NCBI RefSeq assembly: GCF_963676685.1 | Contig: NC_092348.1 | Span: forward strand, 18,476,001-18,540,000 | Source: Mytilus edulis | Lineage: Eukaryota | Direction of reading: 5' to 3' | Length of the DNA: 64,000 bases | Translations under genes and position numbers: made by a program | Shown: positions 12,990-25,589 of the stretch, in pieces | Numbering within the stretch: the stretch's first letter is position 1 | How the letters are laid out: every line of letters begins with the position of its first letter | The notes under the pieces: generated by a model | The model's input: the letters and a program-made list of their open reading frames with translations, nothing else | Database searches by the model: none | What the model was told of the DNA's origin: nothing

Positions 12990-13343
12990 TTTGAAGTCCA
13001 ATGGGAACAAACTGTGCCCCTCTACTTGCCGACTTGTTTCTTTATTATTATGAGGCTGACGTAATGATGGAACTTCTTAGGAAGAAAGATAAGAAGTAAG
13101 CAATATCCTTTAACTCTAATTTCCGCTATAAATATGATGTTCTTTCACTAAATAATTCAAAATTTAGTGACTATGTGGATCGCATCTATCCAATCGAGCT
13201 AGAGATAAATGATACCACAGATACAGTTAAGTCGGCCTCATATCTTGACTTACATCTAGAAATTGACAATGAGGGTCGGTTGAAAACAAAACTTTACGAC
13301 AAAATAGAGGATTTCAGCTTTCCAATTGTGAACTTTCCATTTC
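12990..13343 (+). mobile_element. Penelope-like RT fragment, left part, interrupted by Tx1/L1 LINE
   Basis: PMGTNCAPLLADLFLYYYEAD..FRY..DVLSLNN..IYPIELEINDTTDTVKSASYLDLHLEIDNEGRL..NFPF; near-identical to 62701-62934. Confidence 0.88.
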
Positions 13344-14847
13344 AAATCCAAAGACACCTATCTATTCACTTCGGTATTAGTTTTACTAAGGGTATTATAC
13401 ATACTGATGTATTAAATGAACTCAAAACTCTAGTTGATCAAAACGAAATAAAAACCATACAAATTACAGAGAAAGATTGTATAGTTACAGTAAACGACCA
13501 GAACACAAAACATACCTTACTCACACGAGGAATAAACTTGAAAAACCGTTTCATCAAAATGGTAGATGTAGAACAAGAAGTTACAAATGTGACTATAAAA
13601 GATGCCCCGTGTGAAATGAGTGACATTACAATATGTGGCCATATTTCAAAATTTGATGATGTTGTGCATGGGTCCCTACGCAGGGATCTAAATAAAGATA
13701 CAAATATTGAGACCGGCACACGTTATGTTCAACTAACAAACTGTGTCCCAATAATTCCAACCGCAACCAAATTCGGGAGGTTCAGTGTCAGGGTATTCGA
13801 AGACAATAATAGGACAGAGTGTCCGTACTGTACGAAAACAGACCATCCATCCTATCGATGCTCAAACAAACCCTCCCGTCAAAATCAAGCGGCACGCAAA
13901 TGTTATCGATGCAACAGTACTGAACATACAATAAAAGATTGTCCCCACTGCGAAAAGGTATGCTATTGGTGCGGGAAAGAAGGTCACATACAAAGGGATT
14001 GTCAGACTGATGACAAAGAAATGTATGTTGTCTATGTACATGACATCCAGGAAGGCAGATACGCCAATAAAGATGACTCGTTTACCGAGGATAATAACAC
14101 AGAGGAAGTTATTATTGATCTAAACAAAACCACTGAAAATGTGATTGATCTGAACAAAACCACTGAAAGTGTGATTGACAAAAAGAACGCTACATTCCCG
14201 ATTTCTCAAACAATAATATTTGGTGCATCCAATTGCAGTCGCCTTAGAATTGAGGACCCAAGTGTAAATATCATAGCGGTATCAGGCACCACTCTTGATC
14301 AAATTGACAAACTTGTTTGCGAATCTGACTACATAGTCAATTCTGACTATGTTACTAATGTGATTTAATCATTAGGGACAAATGACATCAGTAACCTCTG
14401 GAGCGACACCGAGCAAATAACGGCAAATCTCACGACACGTATAGATACAGTTAAAACCAAATATTTAAATGCACGCATTGGCATAAGCAGTATTCTACCA
14501 AGAAGAGGTAAGATTGCCTCTATACAAACATTGAATACAGCAACAAGATCTGTCAATAGTTTTACACAAAAACTCTGTGTAAAAAAAAGGTGCTGAAATA
14601 TATTGACCTATGGGACGAATTCGCTCCCAACAAAACACCAAACCCAGTACTGTTCGATTTGAACGACCCGAGTGGGGTTCATATCAGCAAGTTCGGTACA
14701 GAACTGGTAGAAAATATATTCGAGGACTTTATTAATTCAGATTGTGAAGGTGAATATCAAACCCCGAGTAAAAAACGTAATCGAAGTTCAAGTTCAACTT
14801 CTGGCTCTAGCGAGAAACAAGTAACCAAGATGCCCAAATCATACTAA
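13344..14847 (+). pseudogene. LINE ORF1: gag-like zinc knuckles followed by SGNH/GDSL esterase-like domain
   Basis: CPYCTKTDHPSYRC, CYRCNSTEHTIKDC, CYWCGKEGHIQRDC; then IIFGASN (block I), LGTND just after the stop at 14366-14368 (block III) and SGVHIS (block V). One stop and one frameshift. Confidence 0.8.
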
Positions 14848-15404
14848 CTAATTATTTACAATATATATAGTGCATGATTTCTTTTATTGTAGTCGAAATC
14901 TAAACTGCTATAATGCATCTGTTTAATTCAACTTTGTCAACAATATTCAAAATCAATGTTAATTTTAAACAGCTTGTAAAATTCCAATGTTTATTTTTAT
15001 TTACATATAAACACGTGGACTACGTCCTGAATTGCGACCCTAAAATCAATGTAAAATTGACAAATATTTCAAAGAGTTGTTGTAACTTATGTATGTTCAC
15101 CAACGTACACTATGAAATTACCAAATTATGTGTTATCAGATAGTAAAATATGCAATATGTTTAATTATTATGTGGTACGAAGAAAACAAGTTTTCATGCT
15201 TATTTGTAGTAACCAATGTGGGTTTCGGACTAGACCACAAATCGGAAAATGAATGAAGGTGTTTATTTAATAAAATTTGAAAGGCAGTTACGGGTGTATG
15301 CTCATCCCAGTGAACTGTGACGATGTCATAAGTATGCACGAGTAAAATGAAACGTTTGTAATTGTGAAATACTTTCTATATATATTTTACCATAACTTTG
15401 TATT

Positions 15405-18400
15405 ATGTCAATTTCAATTGTTAGTTTAAATGTCAATGGTATGGTATATAATAAAAAACGAAATGCCGTTTTTTACTGGTGTAAAACGAAAAATATTGAC
15501 GTAATATGCTTGCAAGAAACACAAAGCTCTAGCGAGGTCGAAAAGAAATGGAAAAACGAATGGAAGGGGGACAGTTTTTGGAATCACGGATCAAGTAATT
15601 CAAAAGGGGTAGCGATTCTTTTTTCAGAAAAATTTAAATTTGAAATCTCTAAAAACGGCCAAGATAGTAATGGTAGAACAATTTCTGTACATGTTAAAAC
15701 ACCAGGAAATAACGTGATTTTTATTTACAATATTTATGCTCCAAATTTTGCTGGTGACAGAAAATTATTTTTTGAAAAAACTATTCTTATTGATAACGGT
15801 AATAGAAATATCGTTCTTGGGGACTTTAACTGTGCTCTTATAAAAAAACTTAGATCGATAACCGGTGCCTTTTCGAGAAGACATTGAATCGCTTGAATTA
15901 AAAACATTTTTCGAGCATAACGAATTAATAGACGTGTGGAGAAAACGATACCTTAAAGACAAACAATATACTTTTTGTCGGGGTAACTCAAGGTCACGAA
16001 TTGATTATTATTATATTATAAGTAGTGAGCTTCAGTATTAATCGCAACAGGCAAAAAAAAGTTAATTTCCCGTTCAGTGACCACGACGATGTATTCATGA
16101 AATTAAAAACAAATGAACCAGAATGCGGTCCCGGAACGTGGAAAATAAACTCATCAGTTATTCAATCGGATTTATTGAGAAATACGCTCGACAGCTTTTG
16201 GGAAAACTGGAAATTAAAAAAAAAAATTCGAAAGTAGTCTTGAATGGTGGGAGGAAACTAAGATAAAAATAAAAAGTATTACTATAGAAGTGTCAAAGCA
16301 ATTAAACGTTACAGAAAAACAAATAAGGGAGTGGGGAAAAAATTGGATAAAATTACGGGATCCGATCTTACAAATAACATGAATAATGAAAACTAGTTAA
16401 ATGATTTAAAAGTTAAAATAAAAGACTATTATGACAAAAAAGTCGAGGCAGTCAGAATCAGGTCTAAGGTTAATTGGTAGGAGAAAGGCAAAAAACCTAC
16501 AGGGTACTTCTTTAATCTAGAAAAAAAGAGGGGCGCGGAAAAATTATGGTCTAGAATAAAAGGTGCAGACGGGAAGTATAAAGATGGTATAGAATCTATT
16601 TTAGAAGAACAAGTATCTTTCTACAATAAAATATTTACGTCCGAGGTGTGGGATAGGGAGGCTGCAGAAAATCTATTACAGAACATAGACCATAAACTAA
16701 CCGAAGAAAATAACAAAATGTGTGAAATGGAAATAACTTTGGATGAAATAAGTAAGGCCATTAAAATTTTGAAACCTGATAAATCCCCTGGGGAAGACGG
16801 AATTGTAAATGAATTTTACAAAATATATTGGTATTTGATAAAGGACGACTTCGTAGCAGTTATTAAGGAAATCTTTGACAACAATTTGCTCTGTGAATCT
16901 CAATATAGAGGTATGATTACGCTTATGTTTAAGTCTGGGGAAAGAGAAGACATAAAAAAATTGGCGTCCTATAAAGCTCTTGAACACGGACTATAAAATT
17001 ATTTCCAAAGTACTCGCGATAGTTTAAAAAATGTATTACCGCAAATAATTGATTTCGATCAAAAAGGGTTTGTCAAAGGGCGCAACATTTTTCAAGGCAA
17101 TAGATTACTACAAGATGTTATAGATTTTTGTGAATTAGAAGATGAGGAGGGTGCGATATTATTTTTGGATCAACACAAAGCTTTTGATAGGGCGGAATGG
17201 GAATAGATCGACTTTTGCTTATTAAAATTTGGGTTTGGGGAAAAATTCAGGAGTTGGGTAAAAATGCTTTGCATTAACGCCAAGACGTGTATTCATACGA
17301 ATGGGTTTACTTCTAGATTCGTAGGCATAACCCGTTCAATTCGTCCAGGATACCCAATAGCCCCGATGTTATATATCCTGCAAGCAGAAGCACTTGCAGC
17401 ATCAATTAAAACAATTCTTATATAGAAGGAATAAAACTTCCCACTAGGACTGGGGACTATATTGAAACAAACCTAAATATGTTTGCTGACGATACTCAAC
17501 TCTTTAATAAAAGCGAGGAGTCTTTCGAAGAAACATTTAAAACTATAAAACTGTACGAAAACGCTTCGGGGGCTAAAATGAATATGGATAAGACTGTTGG
17601 CATGTATTTAGGGAAGTGGCGAAATGAAAAACCAAAATTTAACAAAATTAAATGGTCTAAGCGTCCTGTGAAAGCATTAAGGGTACAACATGGCTATGGG
17701 TGGACTTGGATCAAATTTGGTTAGAAAAAATGAATAAGATAAAAAGCTGTATGGAAGTTTGGAAATCAAGAGATCTCACATTTACGGGAAAAGTTTTAAT
17801 TATTAAGTCCTTTGTAATGTCCGTCATTGGATACGAAATCGATATGAGAGGTATCCCGGATATATACGAAAAACAAATAAATAATATTATATAGTCCTTT
17901 ATATGGGATGGGAAGACAAACCAAATCGCTAGAACAGTGTGTTATTAACCGACAGAATTGGGGGATAGGAATGATAAACTTAAGGGACTTTATTTTAAAT
18001 CAAAACAAGTGAAAAGTATGTACAGTATTGTCAACTCAAAAAAACAAAATTGGAATGCAATAGGGAAATACTGGTTAACGTCACTAGACGAAAAATATGA
18101 TACAGATTTTTTTATATGTTCTTGTTCGGACACTACATGTTTTAGGCAAATACAAGTGTCCAAATATTATAAAGAACTTTTAATTTCCTGGACTGACTTA
18201 CAGAAAATCCAAAAATCGGTCACGAAAGAGGACCTTTTAGAAGAAAATATATTCGGCAATTGTAAATTTAAGTTCAAGGGACATGCATTATATTATGCAA
18301 ATTTTGCCTCCAGTGGAATAAAAAATAATAAAAGATATATGGGACTTAAAAACAATAAATCCTTTAAAACTTCTTTTGATATTTTTAACAGTCTTAAAGA

Positions 18401-19160
18401 TAAAAGGAATTTAATTGCAAAATATAGCCGAATTAAGTCTTCGTTAACACCGCAACAAATTGACGTTTTAAAAACAGACTCTATCACACAAAGTCATTCT
18501 GAAAGACCTATAAAAATAACAAATTCTTGTCAATTTATAAAAAATGGAGTTGTCGTTAATGCCAAAAAGTTATGCCTTAAAGATATTAGATACTTTTATG
18601 AGAATAAAACAGCTCCAAATACCAAGTTAAAGTGGAATTTACATTTTGGGAATGAACTACCAGGGGAATACATTTGGGAAACTTTAAATAAGAATTTAGC
18701 TAACAGGAAAACTAAACAACTTCAATGGAAGTTACTACATAATATAATTTACACTGAAGAAAAATTACAAAAAATGAATCGCTCAAACAGGAAGTGTCAC
18801 TTTTGCAATGAAAACGAATCACTTGTTCATCTTTTTATTTATTGTAAACTGGTAGAAGACGTTTAGCGGAAAATTTTTGAGAAAATATGGGAATTTTGTT
18901 CAAAATTAAATATCGAAAAATTACAAAACTCGGAAACAAGTATAATTTTTAGGGTCATTAATGCAGATGCATCTTATACCCAAATTTTAGATACGGTGCT
19001 TTTAATCACCAAATGGGTTATCTGGAAAACTAGAAATATCGCAAAATATCAAAAGAAAGGGATAAGTAAATCGGTGATTTTAAATATGATAAAACATAAA
19101 ATGCAATTTTTGCTCAATGTCTTAAACCAAATACGAAAAACGAAGCCTTTTCTACTATGT
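15405..19160 (+). pseudogene. LINE ORF2 (endonuclease + reverse transcriptase + zinc finger), multiply disrupted
   Basis: Consecutive + strand ORF pieces 15405, 16025, 16646, 17479, 17700, 17958 and 18996 carry Tx1/L1 ORF2 motifs in order. Confidence 0.9.
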
Positions 19161-20420
19161 GTGAAATCTTTTGTATATAAATATATATTTTGCGTGGTCA
19201 GGTCAGTGCAATGGCCTCTTTGATACTGATTGAAGAACAGTGTGTACACTGCTCTCAACTCCCTACATGTAATTTCTATTGTGTATGTAATTCATGTATA
19301 TTATCGAAGTGTAATAAGACATGTTGTATCAACAGGTTCATATTATCAACAAATATTTACTCACCATATCTTTGAAATAAATCCTTTTTGAAAATCAAAA
19401 TCATTAATCCATTTTTATGAATGAACTACACATCCCTTTAACAAATCGCACGTGGTAAATGAGCAATAGACCAGATATTAAATTTAATTGAAATTGACAT
19501 AACAAAAGACTTGATGTACGATAAAATTGAAGCTGCTTAATACAGGTAGCCTTTGTGAGAAATAAATAAAGATAAAATATACTTTATTCAAAAAATTATG
19601 TATGGTGAGAGGTAAAGATATATAGATCGATAATGATTGAAGGTACATATACATTTGTACAAGGATAGATAATATTTATAAAGGTTGATGTTAATAATTC
19701 ATAGTGGGAGATTTTTTTTCTCAAATGTTTTTTCCCCGACAAATGAGAGTGTAAAAATTGGGGCCCCCTTAGTTGCTCCCCTGGGCAACTAAGGGTTGAT
19801 GTAACAGGTGATTGTTAATAAAATATGCTTAATTAAAGGTAGGAACATTTACCATTTACACAGGATTTTTTTTTGTTTGGAAATTTATCACGAATGTACA
19901 AAGGTGACCCTCAAAACAATATTTTTCTCTGGATTAAGCAATATATATATATAATACACGATATTTTAAAGGAGAATTAAGTTTAACAGCATTGATTGAA
20001 AAAAAAACCACATCATTATATTTTGGAGAAGAAGATATCAATTAAAAATAAATGTTTTGACAAGTTTAACTAAGCTTGGTGCATTTACCAAGAGGCTTTA
20101 AAGGATAATTTGGTGGATTAGCAACTATACAAAATTACCAGACATCAAACTAAATTTTTTTTTTTGATATTTGTTTATTTGTTTTTTCTTTTTCTTTTTC
20201 TTAATCATATTTTAATTTTTTTTTATTTATTAATTCTCTATACTTTTTTTGTATGTCCTTTTTAATAATATACAATTATAAAATCCCAACAAAATGTTAT
20301 TTTCCAGTTCTATACATTTTCCGATAGATTGTATTATATTACATTCATATATATGAACTAACTGTTTGATAACTGTACTGTTGTATATTATATATGTTGG
20401 ATAAAAAAAAAATAAAAAAA

Positions 20421-20832
20421 GAGGGTTGCTGGTCGCAAGGAAGCTATGAAACCAAGTGTTCTAAATGGTGAAGTTGAAATCATCCCTTCGTAAATTTTAC
20501 GGACGCCATCACGAGTTGGTTGACCGTTTCACAAATGATATCTGATATGTTCCTTTCATGAATGTGACCTACCGAATTAGACTATTTACTGGCTTTGTTA
20601 TCACATAAGCAACACGACAGGTGCCACATGTGGAGCAGGTTCTACTTACCCTTCCGGAGCACCTGAGATCATCCCTAGTTTTTTGGGGGGTTCGTGTTGT
20701 GTATTCTTTAGTTTTCTATGTTGTGTCATGTGTGCTGTTTTTTGTTTGTCTTTTTCATTTTTAGCCATGGCGTTGTCAGTTTGTTTTAGATTTCTTAGTT
20801 TGACTGTCCCTTTGGTATCTTTAGTCCCTCTT
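20421..20832 (+). mobile_element. Penelope-like fragment, right part (resumes after the LINE poly-A)
   Basis: Matches ~63035-63490 (gagggtt..KLKSSLRKFYGRHHELVD.. plus 3' flank). Confidence 0.88.
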
Positions 20833-22440
20833 GAAGTGAATTGGACATTAATAAAAAAGAAGTGCGTGGCGAAATAACTGTTGAAAGAACTTACATTCTG
20901 ACGTATGGGCTGATAAGGTGGATGCAGTATTGCTTCAGCTCTTTTAGTTTGTTCTTATATACATTTGTAAGAGGTGTTGATATAAAACGGATACCATCAA
21001 ATGTATTAATTTTAAGCAGATCTCACGACTGCATTCATTTAGGATCGTTACTAGTTTGGGACTCTGTAAAAATTCAGAGTAACCTGTTATTTAAGTTTTA
21101 TTTAAAAAACAAACAACTTGAACATAATCAATAAGCCTTTCTAAGCAAGAAGCTCATTCGGTTTGCAAAAGACTCATATCAGGGACGCTTAAATAAACAA
21201 ATTAAAACCACTGAATAATGTAAAATCAGAAATAATTGCGTGACTGTATTTATTATTGCAATTTGTCATTTAAGAGTTAAATGCGATTTTAATTTTTACG
21301 ATTTTGAGAACAAAATCCTCCTTTTATTCAAGTAAAATATATCAAACTGCGAGTTTAAATTAATGCGTTTACAACTGTGTCGCATTTTCGCAATAATAAT
21401 AACCTCACATTAATTTTTGAATGTACCATTAAGTACGAAGTTTACAACACTTGATGACCTGAAATTCCAAAAGTTGTCGAGAAATACAGCTGGAGAAATC
21501 TATTCTGAAATAGAATTACAATACAATAGTTATTAGAAATGCAAAAAAAAAAAAGATAAAAAAATGAAATGATCAAACTCGGTTCAATGTAGAGTATTAT
21601 GAATGTCTAATTGCTACAGTAGTCCTTGTATGCACCTTAAAATGGTTTTAATTGATATTTGCACTATAAAACATTTGGTTAAATGATTAAAAGATTGCGC
21701 GCTAAAGAGATAAGTTTGATATTCATGATGACTTTTAGAAATGAAACATGTGTAATGTAACAAATTCCGTAAACATGTGTAGTGTAACAAATTCCGTATA
21801 CATGTGCATTCATTATCAATTATATAAATATATAAAAAAAATGCAGACTAATTACTTTTCTTATAATGAATATTATCATAGATATTTGTTTAATAATGCA
21901 TAATTCGTAGAAATAAATTTTCAAATAAAAAAAGTATAGTGTACCACCTATTTATATTAATAATGAAAACAATAACAAAAAGCAATGAATATAAAATTCA
22001 AACAAATACCAAAACATGAAATGTTGAACCTACGTTTTATTCTTGATTTCTGTTGCTTTGCATAAGAATAGAGAATAACAAGGGCTGTACTAAGCTCTCC
22101 GGATAAAATATTTAACACCACCCATATACTAAAATAGCTTTTTGTAAAAAAAAAGGTAATCATATTTAGTACATCAAGTCATACATATTTAGCTCATTGC
22201 TCATCATGAATCGTCGTTTTGTACCATTTTCTAATTTAGCATCATCTTATATGACCACTGCATTTATATCGTGAAATCTTTTTAATTGCAAAATTATCTG
22301 AATAATTGGTTAATATTTGATTTGTTGTATCTTTAAATATTATTTAACATGTATTGCTTTGATACAAGCATTTATACCTTTTTTTGTACGGAAATTCTGT
22401 CATGATAAACCCGTCAAAGACGATACTAGGCTAAGCATTT

Positions 22441-22490
22441 GTACACAAGACGCTCGTTTCGTTTGCGAAGGACTCATCAGGGACGATCGA
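22441..22490 (-). ncRNA. Degenerate minimal hammerhead ribozyme motif (retroelement-associated)
   Basis: Minus strand reads cgtcc-CTGATGA-gtc-cttcgca-aac-GAAA-c-gagc-g-TC: conserved core boxes with correct spacing; stem II has a mismatch. A more decayed relative lies at ~21150-21190. Confidence 0.55.
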
Positions 22491-24550
22491 ATAACTTATT
22501 TTTATTTTGATACTTTTTTTGGAAATTTGAAATAGGTACTTATTATCCCACACGCTAAATTCACAGTAACAGCTTGTGAGATGTTAAACATGTATAATCT
22601 TATGTATTTTGACTACGTAATGGTTTGGGAATATACTATTATTAAGTTAAATCTGAGAGTAAAATAAACATACATTCTGAGATTACGTTTGGACGTATTC
22701 CTTTCAGATGACTAACGAAAAATCTTTATTTCATTTCTTCAACATATAACGCCCAAGAAATATCTGTCATCAATGTCCTCCCTTTAAAATCGATTTCTGA
22801 AAATATATAAAGATTTTAATGATACGTGTACTATAATCTTTTTAACTATTTCTCATATATATTTTTTTTAATAAAATTGAGAATATAAATGTAGAATGTA
22901 TCAAAGAGTAACAACCCGAGCAAATAGCAGACAATATCCGAAGGCCACCAATATGTCTTCAATGTAGAAAGATAAAGGAACCAGTAGTATACCGATGTTC
23001 AAAACTAATAAATCGATAGAAAAAAACAAATCCGAGTTACAAACCAAACTCGAGGGAAAAGCATTAAATATAAGAGAATGACGACACAACATTAAAATGT
23101 AACACACACAGAAACTAACTAAGCATTAGACAAAATCCGATGACAATAACAAATATAACATGAAAACTAAATACATGAATTTTGGATAGAAAAGTACCGT
23201 GACACGTCTTATAATAATGTGAATTCACACTCAAATATAAGAGGAAACAAACGACACGAAATAAACACAACGTTAAAATGTAACACACACAGAACATGCA
23301 GAAACGAACTATAATATAACAATGACCATATTCCTGACTTGGAACAGAACATTTTTAAAGAACAAAATGGTGGGTTGAACCCGGTATTGTGGCATGCCAA
23401 ACCTCCCTCTTTTATGGCCTTGTTAAATATACCATTAACATGAAAACACAACATTACAGGACTACAATACAAATAACTAGGAGAACACATTTTCAAATCT
23501 GACTTGTCATAGATACTAAAAGGTTTTTTTACAATTACAAAACCACGACAACTACTTTGATGGACATTGTAATTAAATGAATATAATATAAGACAAATAT
23601 ATATATCAAGAGTTCCTAAGTGATTATGACTATTTACTTGAAATTTTATTCGCATGTTCAGAACATGCAGAATGTTACTTATTTTTTTTTATAATCTGAT
23701 AAGTAAATGAAATACTGATTATAATTGCCAGTTCTAAGTCCAGAATATGACAGTTGTTTACCAATAATTTGATGTATGTAAGCTTTTAATTTAGACTTTG
23801 ATTGATAAAGAACTTTACCTATTGAAGTGTTTTTAGAATTTTCATGTAGAAAATGCATCTGAAAAAGTTATTCAAAATGAAAGAGATGTAAATTGTAGAT
23901 TAGGATGTGAAATGTAAAACTTTTATACACTGTGGCTTTATTAGCACAGATATCAATTTCGGTCTTTTTCTTATGGAATTTACTATTCAATTTGTGCTGT
24001 CTGTGACTACCTATATAGGCAACTAAAAATTAGGTTGACAGCTTTAACGTTGTGAAAGTGAAATCATTTTTTTGTCTTAGCATACGGTTATTTTCTCTTC
24101 TTATATGAGTTTTTGATTTGCCCTTGGTATACGTCACCTCTTTTCTTAATGTTTGATTTCTGATTAACAATATTTATGATTCTCAAATAGTAAACGGTTA
24201 ACTTTGGTGCTTTGGTATAATTTTGCATTTTCATCTTAATAGCCAAATGAACCAAACTTTCTTTGCACCCTAATTTCTCTTTAAGGTTTACCATTATTCA
24301 CTATTATATTCAACCTATCCAGACCTTCATATACCAAGTTACTGTATGTAGTCTCCATCGGGTTGCATTTTAAGACATAAACTATCATAGACAAGTTTTT
24401 TTTATGTTCAAACTACTTACAAAAAAAAACGACATGGACGTTGTAATTAAATAAAATAAAACATCAGGCAAAGATATTCCCCAGTGACTATGATTAAATC
24501 GAAATCTAGTTTATTTACTCGAAATTGTATTCGAATGTCAATTCATATTT

Positions 24551-24910
24551 TAGTTGAAGTCATCACTTCGTAAATTGTACGGACGCCATCACGAGTTGGT
24601 TACAAAATTGACCGTTATGGAATAACCGTTTCACAAATGATATCGGATATGTTCCTTACGTCTTAACTACCTACCCCGTCCCTTTCATGAATGTGACCTG
24701 CCGAATGAGAATATTTACAGGATTTAGTATCACATAAACAACACGACGGGTGCCATATGTGGAGCAAGATCTGCTTATCCTTCTGGAGCATCTGGGATCA
24801 CACCTAGTTTTTCGTGGGGTTCGTCTTGTTTATTCTCTAGTTTTCTATGTTGTGTTATGTGTACTATTGTTTGTCTGTTAGTCTTTTTCATTTTTAGCAA
24901 TGGCGTTGCA
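24551..24910 (+). mobile_element. Penelope-like 3' fragment
   Basis: Matches ~63086-63437 (gttgaagtcatcacttcgtaaattgtacggacgccatcacgag...). Confidence 0.85.
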
Positions 24911-25589
24911 TTTGGCCTTTAGTTGTCACGTTTGAATTGTTTAACTTTTGACAATATGTTTGTTGCCTTTCACAAAATTACTTAATGGTTTTGAGTTTGG
25001 TAATTGTTAATACCTACGCTGACCTCTAATAAATCATAACAGGGTTTTTGTTTGTGTTCTTGAAATATTAACATGTCTACCCTTTATACATTAAAGTTGT
25101 GTGTTTTGTTTAGCCCTTTTTGCAGATAAAAGTTTCGGGTATATACAGATAAAGGTCTACATCATGTTGTGTAAACCCGATTTATAAATAAACTATCTTG
25201 ATTAACGTATATTTTTCTGTTTTCGTTTTCACAAAACACCATATTCTTCTTGTTTTCCCGCTATACATTATTTTTAAATTAATATCTCGTCCAGGATCCA
25301 CTTGCATCGTTGAAGGATTGGCACGAACTACAGTAGCTGTCATTAGTCAATGCACGACTCGTGTGGCCGGAATTAGTTTTTTCACGTGTTGAAGGTAACG
25401 CTCCTCCCTTGACGTTTTTTTTGGTGATTTGCCAGATCTTGGCCTATCCAGTGCAGTTCCAGTTTGTCGATATCTGCTTAAAAAAACCGTTTCTGAAATT
25501 ATTTTAAATATGTTCAAATTTTAATTTTGTTTCCCTAGTATGTGCTCTCTTGTAATCTTCAACATATTGAAGTTAAGAAGTTTTATGTA

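Larger units (their letters stand above)
13344..20420 (+). mobile_element. Tx1/L1-clade non-LTR retrotransposon, near full length, decayed
   Basis: ORF1 with three CCHC knuckles; ORF2 with APE endonuclease (SLNVNG, CLQET, GDFN, SDH), RT (KSPGEDG, FADD) and C-terminal CxxC..ES..HLF..C; ~1.2-kb 3' UTR; poly-A tail ending at 20420. Confidence 0.93.

Noticed and set aside
13175-14368. 397-aa ORF as a host zinc-finger (CNBP/ZCCHC-like) gene
   Set aside because: It is a chance fusion of a Penelope-like RT fragment and LINE ORF1.
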